64,000 nucleotides of DNA from Dehalococcoidia bacterium (lineage in GTDB: Bacteria; Chloroflexota; Dehalococcoidia; GIF9; AB-539-J10): positions 64,001 to 128,000 of the forward strand of contig JAUWOR010000002.1 of the NCBI GenBank assembly GCA_030612025.1, given 5' to 3'. Shown in pieces: positions 48,493 through 61,858 of the stretch; within the stretch, counting starts at the first letter, position 1, and every line of letters begins with the position of its first letter. A program made the translations under genes and the position numbers. The notes beneath the pieces were generated by a model. The model worked only from the letters and a program-made list of their open reading frames with translations, searched no databases and had not been told where the DNA came from.

Positions 48493-49062
48493 TTAACAAG
48501 ACAAGTACAAAATCTTGACATGCCGCTCATTTCTTGATAACGTATAACAAAGCGAACGCTTTTGTAGAGGTCAAAAACTTGATACTGCAGGGCGGTTTGG
48601 GAGGAACTACTCCGAGTAGCGAGATGCAGGTTGCAACATGAGGAACTGGACATAGTGAGCTATTTTATTCCCCTGGTGTAGCTTCTCCGAGAGGCAGGTT
48701 AATTACAATAGATTATGGCAGGATTTGGGCGAAATGGAGGCAGTGTGCTACAAAGTTGAAGGATTGTAATATTAAAAACAATCTTAGTCATAGCTGTGGC
48801 ACGGTCAAGTAAAGTGAAAGGAGGATGACAGAAATATGAGGAAGCGACATACTTGGCAGATACAGATATATCTTTTCGCTACAAAGCACTTCTTGATCTC
48901 TCCTTGACGCACTAAGACTCACACGCAATTTTTATCCCAGCCTGTATTTGTAAAGGTTATTTACTCCCCTGATTAAAGCCCCCAGTCATATTCTGCTGAG
49001 TATGTCAGGCAAAAATTTGTTACGCCGGTAAGAAATTTTTCTCAGATAAGGAGGTAATATCA

Positions 49063-50082
49063 ATGTATATAAAGCAGAAACTAGGCATCAAGATTTTTAT
49101 GGTTACTCTTGGACTATTACTTATCCTGATACCATTTACTGGTTGCGCGCCTAAGGCAGCAGAAAAGCCAACCCTCATCTTCCATGACCTTAGCTGGGAT
49201 AGTGCCCAGGTACATAACCGTATCGCCGCTTTCATTGCCGAGCATGGCTATGGCTATGAGACGGATTTCATCGCTAGTGAGACAGCTGCCGGATGGGTAG
49301 GTTTAAGGAGTGGGGATATTAATATAAATATGGAAAGCTGGACGGAAAATATCCAGAAGGTCTATGATGAAGCCATCGGCTCCGGTGATTGTGTTGACCT
49401 GGGCAGTAACTTCCCCGATAGCTGGCAGGGCTGGCTGGTGCCGACCTTCGTTATTAAAGGTGATGCAGAGCGGGGTATAGAGCCTATGGCTCCTGATTTG
49501 AAATCTGTTTTTGATTTGCCGGAATACTGGGAACTATTTAAAGACCCAGAGGACCCAACCAAGGGGCGCTTTATCAACTCCATCCCTGGATGGCTCTGCA
49601 CGGCGATTAATAGCCAGAAGCTTAAGACTTACGGGTTGGATGAGTACTATACCGACTTTCTCGCCGGCTCCGATGCAGCCCTGTCTGGTTCCATGGTTGC
49701 TGCCTGCGAAAAAGGCGAACCGTGGCTTGGCTACTACTGGTCACCAACCTGGGTTCTAGGTAAGCTCGACATGACTCCCCTAGAGGAGCCACCTTTTGAT
49801 CAGGCAGAATACGATGCCGAAACCTATGGCTGCGCCTTTTGCCCCACTCAAGTTAATATTATAGTCAATGCCAGTCTTCTGGACAGCGCCCCTGATATAG
49901 TTGAATTTCTCCGCAACTACGAAACCACTGCTGCCCAGAACAATAAGGTACTAGCCTATATGCAGGCAAATGAGGCAAGTACAGATGAGGCTGCCATTTG
50001 GTTTCTGCAGGAATACGAGTCACTATGGACCAAATGGGTGCCGTCAGATGTGGCTGACAAGGTTAAAGCAGCTTTACCCTAG
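49063..50082 (+). CDS. proX: Glycine betaine/proline ABC transporter substrate-binding lipoprotein
   Basis: Lipobox FTGC, SWDSA, ESWT, GYYWSPTW. Confidence 0.9.
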   Translation: MYIKQKLGIKIFMVTLGLLLILIPFTGCAPKAAEKPTLIFHDLSWDSAQVHNRIAAFIAEHGYGYETDFIASETAAGWVGLRSGDININMESWTENIQKVYDEAIGSGDCVDLGSNFPDSWQGWLVPTFVIKGDAERGIEPMAPDLKSVFDLPEYWELFKDPEDPTKGRFINSIPGWLCTAINSQKLKTYGLDEYYTDFLAGSDAALSGSMVAACEKGEPWLGYYWSPTWVLGKLDMTPLEEPPFDQAEYDAETYGCAFCPTQVNIIVNASLLDSAPDIVEFLRNYETTAAQNNKVLAYMQANEASTDEAAIWFLQEYESLWTKWVPSDVADKVKAALP

Positions 50083-50119
50083 ACATCCTGATTAAAAACT
50101 GAAGTAGGGGGACACGGCT

Positions 50120-51358
50120 TTGAAAAACAATGCATCCTGGCCGAATGGGGAAGCTTGCATTGAGGTAAATGAACTGTGGAAGATTTTCGGTCATAATGCC
50201 GAGCAACTTCTCCATTCGGAAATGCGTTCTGCAACCAAGGCAGATATACTTGAGAAAACTGGCCATGTGATAGCGGCACGGGATATCTCCTTCAAAGTAA
50301 ATCAAGGTGAACTGTTTGTCATTATGGGGCTATCCGGTAGCGGGAAGTCCACGCTAATTCGCTGTATTCTCCGTCTCATTGAACCTACAGCAGGTAGAAT
50401 CATCATTAATGGGAATGACGTCTGCAGCTATGATGAGTCCCAACTGATTGATTTGCGCCGCCACACCACAAGTATGGTGTTTCAACACTTTGGTTTGTTC
50501 CCTCATCGCAGTGTAATTGACAATGTGGCATATGGACTGAAAGTCAGGGGAGTAGCCAAGGAGGAACGCTATGCCCAGGCACAGAAAGTGATTGCAAGGG
50601 TGGGACTTCAGGGTTGGGAAAACTACCCGCCCAGTGCACTCAGTGGTGGCATGCAGCAGCGAGTGGGGTTAGCCAGAGCCCTAGCCACTGACCCCCAGAT
50701 ACTGCTTATGGATGAGCCTTTCAGCGGACTGGACCCTTTGATCCGTCGGCAGATGCAGGACGAACTTCTGGATTTGCAAGCGGAGGTCCAGAAAACAATT
50801 CTGTTCGTGACACACGACCTCCACGAAGCTCTGAAACTGGGAAACCGCATCGCCATTATGAGAGATGGCGAGATTATCCAGATTGGCACCCCAGAGGAAG
50901 TGATAACTACTCCCAGCGACGCCTATGTGCGGGAATTCGTAATGGATGCCTCACCAGCCAAGGTGCTGACAGCTGCCAGTATTATGGAACAACCTAATAT
51001 TCTCCTCTATGAATGGCAAGGGCCCAAAGCGGCCCTTGCCACCCTCAGGATCAGCAACATGGATGATGCTTTCGTGGTAACCCGCACTGGCAAGCTGCTG
51101 GGATTGGTGACTATGGAGCGACTGGTAGAGGTAATCCGGGGTAAAGGTAATTCCATCAGGGAGGCATTAGAGCCCGACCTGCCCACCTGCACCGCTGATA
51201 CCCTGGTGGAGGACTTGTTTCCCCTGGCTGCCTCTACAAGATATCCTATTCCCGTTCTCGATGAGCGGGGGAAGTTTACGGGAGAGGTACACACCAGCAG
51301 CATTTTGGTCAGCATGATTCAGGAGAAGGAGGTAGAGACTGATGCTCGAGTTCCCTGA
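50120..51358 (+). CDS. proV: Glycine betaine ABC transporter ATPase with CBS domains
   Basis: GLSGSGKST, LSGGMQQR, LMDEPFS, C-terminal CBS pair. Confidence 0.93.
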   Translation: MKNNASWPNGEACIEVNELWKIFGHNAEQLLHSEMRSATKADILEKTGHVIAARDISFKVNQGELFVIMGLSGSGKSTLIRCILRLIEPTAGRIIINGNDVCSYDESQLIDLRRHTTSMVFQHFGLFPHRSVIDNVAYGLKVRGVAKEERYAQAQKVIARVGLQGWENYPPSALSGGMQQRVGLARALATDPQILLMDEPFSGLDPLIRRQMQDELLDLQAEVQKTILFVTHDLHEALKLGNRIAIMRDGEIIQIGTPEEVITTPSDAYVREFVMDASPAKVLTAASIMEQPNILLYEWQGPKAALATLRISNMDDAFVVTRTGKLLGLVTMERLVEVIRGKGNSIREALEPDLPTCTADTLVEDLFPLAASTRYPIPVLDERGKFTGEVHTSSILVSMIQEKEVETDARVP

Positions 51359-52196
51359 GTTTCTCCAGGTTCCGTTGGCTGGCTGGGTTGACGCCGCTAT
51401 GGGCTGGCTCTTAGCAAACTTGGGTGGCATATTCGACGCTATTGGCCATGCTATTCTGCTTATACTGCTCTATATTGAGCGATTTTTACTCTGGCTGCCA
51501 TGGATAGTGATCATTGTGCTGGTAGGGGTTGTTGCCTGGCGGGTCATGCGCTTGTGGTGGGCAGGATTAGTTATGGCAGCACTGCTGGTTCTTATCGGTA
51601 GCTTTGGCTACTGGGACCTAGCTATGATGACCGTTGCCATTATCACTGCCTCTGTTGTTATCTCGCTAGTCCTGGGCATTCCCACAGGCATACTTATGGC
51701 TCGGAGCAATCTTGTTAAGTCCACGCTTAAACCCTTGCTGGATGCCATGCAGACTATGCCCAGCTTCGTCTACCTGATTCCAGCCCTGATGTTCTTCGGC
51801 CTGGGTAAGGTTCCGGCAGTGTTCGCTACCATTATCTATGCCATGCCGCCAGTCATCCGGCTCACCGATCTAGGTATAAGACAGGTGTCGCAGAGCGTGG
51901 TCGAAGCAGCTCAAGCCTTCGGTTCGAGCTCGCGACAAATACTATTCGAGGTTCAGCTACCCCTAGCCATTCCATCAATAATGCTAGGTATTAACCAGAC
52001 AACGATGATGGCCCTGGCAATGGTAGTTATCGCCTCAATGATCGGCGCAAGGGGTTTGGGGTTAGAGGTATTGCTAGCCATCAATCGTATTGAGGTGGGA
52101 CGCGGCTTTGAGGCTGGACTCTGCATCGTATTGCTGGCAATCATCATTGACCGAATAACTCATGCCATGGCAGCCCGGCAGCAATATGCGGCATAA
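51342..52196 (+). CDS. proW: Glycine betaine ABC transporter permease
   Basis: LDAMQTMPSFVYLIP, EAA loop, GINQTTMMAL. Confidence 0.93.
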   Translation: MLEFPEFLQVPLAGWVDAAMGWLLANLGGIFDAIGHAILLILLYIERFLLWLPWIVIIVLVGVVAWRVMRLWWAGLVMAALLVLIGSFGYWDLAMMTVAIITASVVISLVLGIPTGILMARSNLVKSTLKPLLDAMQTMPSFVYLIPALMFFGLGKVPAVFATIIYAMPPVIRLTDLGIRQVSQSVVEAAQAFGSSSRQILFEVQLPLAIPSIMLGINQTTMMALAMVVIASMIGARGLGLEVLLAINRIEVGRGFEAGLCIVLLAIIIDRITHAMAARQQYAA

Positions 52197-52264
52197 TATA
52201 GGCCATCCAGAGCAGTGAATTATATTGGCTGAAGGATAACGACACGGCTCAATCCCGATGCCAA

Positions 52265-52332
52265 ATAAGAAAGGCAGGCCAATTTGGCCTGCCTCTTTAC
52301 ATTTTTTGGCACCGGGGGTTGGATTTGAACCA
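52265..52332 (-). repeat. Degenerate copy of the tRNA-fMet 3' end plus terminator (att-like scar A)
   Basis: ataagaaaggcaggccaatttggcctgcctct...tggcaccgggggttggatttgaacca versus 56813-56881. Confidence 0.8.
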
Positions 52333-52639
52333 GCAAGCTACGGGCGGTTCGAATTCCCAACCGGTTGTATTGCTCTTTGGCTCAATTTCTTGTCCAGCAA
52401 ACTTTCTAGCCCTGGCGACAGTTCCTTTAGTCGCAAGGTCATTAGGAGCAAAGCAGTATCTTCCCTCGACTAAGGTTTTGGCAACACGATTGAACTCTTG
52501 GCACAGAAGCTTCCGATTCCCCAACCCTCACCTGCGTTTGCTTGGCGAGAGTGTTATCAGTCATTTTGAAAACTAGCTGGAGCTTTCTATCAGCGCATTA
52601 GAGAATTAGTGCCGAGGGTGATTTGCGGCGGCGGAGACT

Positions 52640-53539
52640 TTATTGAATTGTCTCAAGTGTTTCCCCTAAAATTTCTTCTACACGACTGAGTGCTTCTTTA
52701 GCCCCTCTCTCAGCAGCCAATCCTAGATATTTTTTAAAATCGATAAATTTTCCCACACCATCTATCACCGCATCCGGCACTTTTGAATCTTTGAGAAGAA
52801 AGGTATATAGCTCCTTCCCTGACTTCTTCCTTATCTCTTCATATGGGATTGCGTCAGCTAGCATTGTCGCTGCTGTTTTTAACTGGTTATAGTCCCTTGT
52901 CAATGTTTCATAAGTAGATTCTAGCTCGCTATGCTTTTCTTTTAACTGTTCAAGCTCCCCTGCCAGGGTTCCTTTTTCTGATTCCAAACCTTCTAATTTG
53001 GACTCATACCCAGCTATTCGTGACTCATATCTTTCCGTTAATTCTGCCTTTTCCTTGTTTAGGTTTGATACTTGTGACTTTAGGTGTTCTACATCAGCTA
53101 GCCTATCCGCGATTTCGTTGTAATTGGCTTTTAATGCCTCATAATCTCCGCCTACTACTTCAGCTACCTTTCCCACAAGTTTGTCATAATTGTTTCTTTC
53201 CTTATCACGCTCTTTCGCTACTACTGCCATTTGCGATTTCAAATTCCCTACTTCATGATCATGCTGTTCTTTCACTGCCGCGTATGTCATCAGAGCGCTT
53301 ACCTTGGCAACAGCGTCGGCTCGGCCTTTGATATCGTATGGACCAAACACCTTATCCGTCGCCCTATCCATGCCAGAAAGTGATTCAGCATATTCCCTTA
53401 ATACTTTGTCAACTACAGGATCCAGGCCTAACTGATGATATAACCCGTCCGCAAGTTGCTTTTGCTCCAGGCTCATCTTTTCCAGGCTGACTTCCTCAAT
53501 CTTCATAAGTTGTCTTTGTTCTATATTCTTCTCTTCCAT
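52640..53539 (-). CDS. Coiled-coil hypothetical protein
   Basis: 299-aa ORF, E/K/L-rich heptad pattern. Confidence 0.75.
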   Translation of the reverse strand: MEEKNIEQRQLMKIEEVSLEKMSLEQKQLADGLYHQLGLDPVVDKVLREYAESLSGMDRATDKVFGPYDIKGRADAVAKVSALMTYAAVKEQHDHEVGNLKSQMAVVAKERDKERNNYDKLVGKVAEVVGGDYEALKANYNEIADRLADVEHLKSQVSNLNKEKAELTERYESRIAGYESKLEGLESEKGTLAGELEQLKEKHSELESTYETLTRDYNQLKTAATMLADAIPYEEIRKKSGKELYTFLLKDSKVPDAVIDGVGKFIDFKKYLGLAAERGAKEALSRVEEILGETLETIQ

Positions 53540-53870
53540 TTTTGCCCCCCTTCAATTGTAGTATTTCCAACCACTTTTACACTCAGCAAATCCCCCGGCC
53601 TTTCCATCTCTTTTCCTGTTCAGAGATAAAACTGCCTAACGAGTCACTGAGACAAGCGATCCTCCTTAAGTATATTATATACCCTGCCCAAAAACTCTTG
53701 CATCTCTTCCTAGAAAAGGAACACTGCTGAGCCAGGAAGGGACGAACCACCGCCAAAGACTCGGTCCTTGCTTTTCATGCTCGCTTTCCTCGATATCGAG
53801 GCGACTGAACTCTTAGTCTGGTGTGCCCGATTCTTCTCAGCCACTTGCCCGAAGCTTAACAAATTAAAAA

Positions 53871-53915
53871 GAGGCAAGCCAAACTGACCTGTCTCTCAAA
53901 TCTCCTGGTAGCGGC
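53871..53915 (-). repeat. Degenerate tRNA-fMet terminator plus 3' end (att-like scar B)
   Basis: gaggcaagccaaactgacctgtctctc...tggtagcgg versus ggcaggccaatctgacctgcctctc...tggtagcgg. Confidence 0.65.
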
Positions 53916-54058
53916 GGCGAGACTCTGCCTCGTTTTGCTCCCCTATCTCTCCTTCAGCTCGGGCACATAAAATGGTGCATGCGGCTTGTTTCGCCTTCCC
54001 AAATGTCTACCAGAAACCTCGACAAAAGGACAGAATGTATGTATCATCGTAGGTTAAT

Positions 54059-55075
54059 ATGATAGTGGATATGAGAAAGGGTGCCACCCCAGAGGAGATA
54101 GATGGGGTGGTAGAGCGGGCTAGGTCGCTGGGACTGGACATCCAGTTGAACTTGGGCACCGACAAAACAGTAGTTGCTATACTGGGAAGTAACACAGGAC
54201 AACTGCCCACCGACATCTTCGCCGTGCTCCCTGGCGTGGAGAACGTAGCCCGGATTATGAAACCCTACAAGCTCGCCTCCCGGGAATTCAAGGCAGAGGA
54301 CAGCATAGTTTCCATTAATGGAATCGAGATTGGTGGCAAGCGCATCGTGGTTATGGCAGGGCCGTGCGCTGTGGAGAGCGAGGAGCAGTTCATGAAAGCG
54401 GCCAGGACTGTGAAGAGCTCCGGGGCCTGTATTGTGCGCGGTGGCGCCTTCAAACCACGCACCTCCCCTTTCAGCTTTCAGGGGCTGGGGAAGGCTGGCC
54501 TGGAGTTGCTGACGCAAGCCAAGGAGCGATTCAGCATACCTGTCGTCACCGAAGTGGTGGATACCCACGATGTCAGCCAGGTATCCAAGTATGCCGATAT
54601 TCTTCAAGTTGGGGCTCGAAATATGCAAAACTTCACCCTACTGACTGAGATTGGCAAGAGCAAGTGCCCGGTTCTCCTCAAGCGAGGCTTATCAGCCACT
54701 ATTACTGAGTGGCTTACAGCGGCCGACTATCTGCTGGCAGAGGGCAATAGCCAGGTTGTTCTCTGCGAGAGGGGCATCAGAACCTTTGAGGACAGCACTC
54801 GCTTCTCCCTTGATGTCTGTTCTATACCCGTGGTTAAGAAATTCAGCCACTTGCCTTTGATCGTCGACCCCAGCCACGCTGCCGGCCACTACTCCCTTGT
54901 TCCGGCTATAGCCAAGGCGGCTGTCGCTGCTGGTGCTGATGGATTACTCATCGAAGTTCACCCCAACCCCAAGGAAGCCTTGGTGGATGGACTTCAGTCC
55001 CTCACTCCGTCAGACTTCGCCAGGTTGATGAAGGAGCTTAGGCGAATTGCCAAATCGGTAGGCAGATATATCTAG
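54059..55075 (+). CDS. aroF: 3-deoxy-7-phosphoheptulonate (DAHP) synthase, type I-beta with N-terminal regulatory domain
   Basis: AGPCAVES, GGAFKPRTSP, GARNMQNF, LCERGIR, DPSHA, IEVHP. Confidence 0.95.
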   Translation: MIVDMRKGATPEEIDGVVERARSLGLDIQLNLGTDKTVVAILGSNTGQLPTDIFAVLPGVENVARIMKPYKLASREFKAEDSIVSINGIEIGGKRIVVMAGPCAVESEEQFMKAARTVKSSGACIVRGGAFKPRTSPFSFQGLGKAGLELLTQAKERFSIPVVTEVVDTHDVSQVSKYADILQVGARNMQNFTLLTEIGKSKCPVLLKRGLSATITEWLTAADYLLAEGNSQVVLCERGIRTFEDSTRFSLDVCSIPVVKKFSHLPLIVDPSHAAGHYSLVPAIAKAAVAAGADGLLIEVHPNPKEALVDGLQSLTPSDFARLMKELRRIAKSVGRYI

Positions 55076-55195
55076 CCAGAGCATAGGCGTTCCATAACCG
55101 CAGGCCTAGTCATCACCCATCAACAGGACTCAGCTTATTTAACCCATCTATCCCTTGACCTACTGTGAGCATCTAACAAAAGGGCGAATTACTCG

Positions 55196-55227
55196 CCGGG
55201 GTTGGATTTGAACCAATAACCTTCGGG
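55196..55227 (-). repeat. Degenerate tRNA-fMet 3' half (att-like scar C)
   Basis: ccggggttggatttgaaccaataaccttcggg versus gcgggggttggatttgaaccaacgacctccggg. Confidence 0.75.
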
Positions 55228-55330
55228 AGACCTGTCCTTTCCCAAAGGTTAAGGACTTGGGGGCTTAGTTAATATTAATGGTTCAGTTTCTTGGTAACTC
55301 CTTCAGGATGGGAAGCGCACTGGCCCTAGG

Positions 55331-55405
55331 ATTATAGAGGGGCGCCTTTCTCGGCACTGCTCCAAGCCGCCTTCGCGCGGACTGTGTTTGGACTGTTTGG
55401 AAAAT
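55331..55405. repeat. Degenerate direct repeat, copy 1
   Basis: gccgc..gcggactg....tggactgtttggaaaat; copy 2 lies 910 nt downstream. Confidence 0.6.
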
Positions 55406-55656
55406 CTGCTGGGTTGATGAGGCAAATAGACCAGTGTACGTCTCAGCAGAGGGCTTACAAGATCTCCCATGAGTACCCCAAGCCTCGCAGTGGGTTTCAA
55501 GGCTCCTCAGCATGATGAGGCATTTCTACATTGTCACAGCGGGACAGCAAAGTAGAAGAAAGGCCACGTCATGACTAAACCATCTAACTCTGCTGACGTT
55601 ATGATGTATGAAACCAGAGTCCTCAAAAAGCTAATTGAAATAAGGAGGGATAAGAT

Positions 55657-56121
55657 ATGAAATCAAGGTTAATCCTAACGTGTGCTGTGCTTGCCATCAC
55701 CTTAACCATATCCGGTTGTCTGATGGGTCCGCCGCACCCGCGGCAGATATGTATAGAAGCCAGCTGTGACGACTTTATGAAACTCCCTGCCATTAGCGAA
55801 GAACTGGTAGTTGTTGTTGGGGACGCATTTACTGTAACCTTGTGCTCCAACCCTACAACAGGCTTCCAGTGGTCGGAGTCTGCACAAGTTAGCGACCGAG
55901 CTGTATTGCAGCAGACAGACCACGAATTCGTGCCTCCCCTAGAGGCCGTAGGTTGCGCGCCCCCTCCTCCGGGGACTGCCAGCAAAGAAATATGGACCTT
56001 CAAGGCGCTCAAGCAGGGCGAGAGTACTATATCCATGGAATACAGCCAACCCTGGGAAGGTGGTCAGAAGGCAACCTGGACATTTGTCTTGACAGTAGTC
56101 GTGGCAGAGGGTCGAATTTGA
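55657..56121 (+). CDS. Protease inhibitor I42 (chagasin-like) lipoprotein
   Basis: Lipobox ISGC, SNPTTGFQW, WTFKA, YSQPWE. Confidence 0.88.
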   Translation: MKSRLILTCAVLAITLTISGCLMGPPHPRQICIEASCDDFMKLPAISEELVVVVGDAFTVTLCSNPTTGFQWSESAQVSDRAVLQQTDHEFVPPLEAVGCAPPPPGTASKEIWTFKALKQGESTISMEYSQPWEGGQKATWTFVLTVVVAEGRI

Positions 56122-56240
56122 GCCAAAAACCTTCCGAATCCACGACAATATCATCTTAGAACCTCTAAGTAGTGAATCTAAGTGATAGGCAGTCCTGGCA
56201 GGTGGTCAGGCCAGAAATAGAAAGTGTATCTACGCCACGA

Positions 56241-56315
56241 TTACAGCAGGGCCCCTCGATTCGGCCCGCTCTGGGCCGCTTTTCCTGCGGACTGCACGTG
56301 GATTGTTTGGGAAAT
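56241..56315. repeat. Degenerate direct repeat, copy 2
   Basis: gccgc..gcggactg....tggattgtttgggaaat. Confidence 0.6.
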
Positions 56316-56812
56316 AGGGCTTTTGGGGTGGGGACCTCGAGAGATCAATCGCCATCACCATGACGTACAAAGCCAAACACCCAAGGCTCAGGCGTGACCC
56401 CTGTTCGGCTTAGACTGCGTGTCCAACTATTTATACAGCCTCAAGCCTCCGATAGAGCTTTGAATTACCCTCAGAATTCATACAGCCGAGAGACAGTTGT
56501 CTCCGCGCCAAGAAGGAACGCTCACCTTGCGATTGACCAATGGATCTGCCTATCTGCCTCCATATCCAGCGCACCACACGGGGCCAGTGTACATGTGGGT
56601 TTTCCCTCAAGTTCGTTCCTAGAGGGGCAATGTCGTTGAAAACTCAAAGCTAAAAAATTGATTCTAGAGCCATACCTGGCTGGACGCCCCTGCTTAACAT
56701 CGCTCCATGTGACTTCTCTGCAAACCGCATCTGGATTGTTTTGGAAAGCAGTGCCTTCAGCTAGGGTTCTTGGTGGGATCATTCGGCCGCGAACCTAAAG
56801 GGTGACCGACAG

Positions 56813-56847
56813 ATAAGAAGGGCAGGCCAATCTGACCTGCCTCTCTT
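56813..56847 (-). terminator. Terminator after tRNA-fMet
   Basis: Minus strand ggcaggtcagattggcctgcc stem followed by cttcttat. Confidence 0.65.
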
Positions 56848-56855
56848 ATTTTCAT

Positions 56856-56930
56856 TGGTAGCGGGGGTTGGATTTGAACCAACGACCTCCGGGTTATGAG
56901 CCCGACGAGCTTCCACTGCTCTACCCCGCG
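56856..56930 (-). tRNA. tRNA-fMet (CAT), initiator
   Basis: CGCGGGG...GGGCTCATAACCC...GGTTCAAATCC...CCCGCTACCA: C1-A72 mismatch, three G-C pairs in the anticodon stem, encoded CCA. Confidence 0.95.
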
Positions 56931-56997
56931 ACAAAAACCCACAAAAATCTGCGATTTCTGTGGCAACTATATAAAAGGTTTTGTGCTCAGCCTGATG

Positions 56998-59976
<2,979 letters not shown>

Positions 59977-60044
59977 TACATCAGGCTGAACACAGAACCT
60001 ATTCAATTTTTAAGGTACTGAATATGACTGGTAACAAAACAGAG

Positions 60045-60073
60045 ATTATACAATACCATGTTACCAATGTCAA
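60045..60073 (-). promoter_or_regulatory. Consensus sigma70 promoter of the 23S-tRNA-fMet unit
   Basis: TTGACA-N17-TATAAT on the minus strand, followed by boxA-like taccttaaaaatt. Confidence 0.85.
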
Positions 60074-60160
60074 ATAAAGCTAGATTTAGCTTGGCTATTT
60101 ATCTTGGTGCTATTAAATATTATACTAGTTCGGGCTTTCTTAAAGCAAATTCGAATAACT

Positions 60161-61366
60161 ATGAAACAAAAACAAATTTTCGGTCTTAACCCCAATGTGT
60201 TTTTCCTGGGCCTGGTCAGCTTTCTCACCGACGTTAGCAGTGAGATGATTTTCCCTATCTTCTCCTTGTTTTTGTTCAATGTGCTTCATACACCCACCAC
60301 GATTATTGGCTTGATTGAAGGAGCAGCGGGAAGCATAGCTTCCCTAGTTAGAATCTTCAGCGGCTGGCTCAGCGATAAGTTGGGAAAAAGAAAAGGGCTG
60401 ACTATTCTGGGTTACGGACTATCTACCGTCGCCAAGCCTTTTATGTATATCGCCACAACCTGGGGTATAGCCTTCGGGGTGAGGTTTGCCGATAGGGTAG
60501 GCAAGGGCATTCGCACCGCTCCCCGCGATGCTTTAGTAGCTGACTCTTTAACACCGGAGCAAAGAGGCAAGGGCTTTGGCCTCCATCGTGCCATGGATAC
60601 CTTCGGCGCTGTTGTGGGCATCATCTCAGCAGTAATCGTTGTCTTCCTCTGCCAGGGCAAGGACTGGGCACTTACCAGAGGCAGCTACCAGCAACTGGTT
60701 TTAATCGGTGTTATCCCGGCGGTGCTGGCTTTATTTGTGTTTTTCTTCGTTCGAGAGCCTAAAAAGGAAACACCAAGCGGTGCCCCCCCTAAAGCCAAAC
60801 CTGGTGGTTTGCTCTCTGGCTTTGATAGACGATTCAAAATTTTCCTGGGCATCATTTTTCTATTTACTCTGGGCAATTCCAGCGATGCCTTCCTTGTCCT
60901 CCGAGCGCAGAACCTGGGCAATCCTGTCCTTTACATACTTCTAATGCTGGTGCTGTTCAATCTTATCTATGCCTCTATATCCACACCAGCAGGTATGCTA
61001 TCAGACAAGCTGGGCAGAAAGAGAGTCATCCTATCTGGCTGGTTAATTTACACCCTGGTTTACCTTGGCTTTGCCCTGGCTTCGCCAGAAGCTTCATGGC
61101 AATTATGGATATTATTCGGTCTTTATGGAGTTTACTATGGCTTAGCTGAGGGGGTAGCCCGTGCTTTTGTCGCTGACTTAGTGCCTGCAGAGAAGAGAGG
61201 AACCGCCTATGGCCTTTTCCACGGTGTAGTAGGGATTACCTTACTCCCCGCAAGTCTTATTGCTGGCTGGCTATGGCAAGTTGTAAATCCAGCAGCTCCC
61301 TTCCTATTTGGTGCCGCTCTGGCTTTCCTGGCCATGATAGGACTACTGGTGCTAATCAAGGAATAG
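60161..61366 (+). CDS. MFS transporter
   Basis: GWLSDKLGKRK and GMLSDKLGRK motif A twice, DRVGKGIRTAPRD, about 12 TM segments. Confidence 0.92.
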   Translation: MKQKQIFGLNPNVFFLGLVSFLTDVSSEMIFPIFSLFLFNVLHTPTTIIGLIEGAAGSIASLVRIFSGWLSDKLGKRKGLTILGYGLSTVAKPFMYIATTWGIAFGVRFADRVGKGIRTAPRDALVADSLTPEQRGKGFGLHRAMDTFGAVVGIISAVIVVFLCQGKDWALTRGSYQQLVLIGVIPAVLALFVFFFVREPKKETPSGAPPKAKPGGLLSGFDRRFKIFLGIIFLFTLGNSSDAFLVLRAQNLGNPVLYILLMLVLFNLIYASISTPAGMLSDKLGRKRVILSGWLIYTLVYLGFALASPEASWQLWILFGLYGVYYGLAEGVARAFVADLVPAEKRGTAYGLFHGVVGITLLPASLIAGWLWQVVNPAAPFLFGAALAFLAMIGLLVLIKE

Positions 61367-61380
61367 TTCGACCCAGAAGT

Positions 61381-61490
61381 ATATTATCTATCAATCTCGT
61401 TCTGCCCACCCTGACAGCTAGGGAGGCCAGAGCCGGATGGCTGTTCAGCTCTAACTGCCTTAACTGTTCCGGCATCGACACTAGCAACAG
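61381..61490 (-). pseudogene. Duplicated 3' tail of panC
   Basis: 61381-61434 matches 62302-62355 at 51 of 54 nt; weaker similarity continues (VDAGT). Confidence 0.85.
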
Positions 61491-61543
61491 CGACACCTTT
61501 CATAGTATTATTGTAGATTGGCATAGAATGTAGGGAGGCTACT

Positions 61544-61858
61544 ATGAAGATCGAAGAGGTTCTCAAGGAATTTAGAGCAGAAGTTGAGAAACTATATGGC
61601 AAGAGATTAAGAAACATAATCCTGTATGGCTCGTGGGCAAGAGGCGAGGCTACAGAGAGTTCTGACATAGACCTGGTCATAACTCTGGAAGGAGATGTCA
61701 TTCCTGGAAAGGAAATAGACAGGATGATAGACATAATTACGGAGATAAATTTAAAACACGGGGTGCTGTTATCCATTTATCCTATATCTGAAAATGATTA
61801 TTCTGCTGTGAATAGCCCGCTGCTTATGAATGTGCGAAGGGAAGGAGTGCCGGCGTGA
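61544..61858 (+). CDS. Minimal nucleotidyltransferase (MNT) antitoxin-like protein
   Basis: ILYGSWARG.ATESSDIDL motif. Confidence 0.9.
   Translation: MKIEEVLKEFRAEVEKLYGKRLRNIILYGSWARGEATESSDIDLVITLEGDVIPGKEIDRMIDIITEINLKHGVLLSIYPISENDYSAVNSPLLMNVRREGVPA

Noticed and set aside
48500-49062. Riboswitch in the long proX leader
   Set aside because: No aptamer consensus recognisable by eye; an Rfam scan is needed
52265-55227. Additional functional tRNA genes
   Set aside because: Only T-arm or acceptor 3' fragments; no D-arm or complete cloverleaf
61384-61776. 130-aa minus-strand ORF
   Set aside because: It is antisense to the MNT gene and its tail is the panC relic
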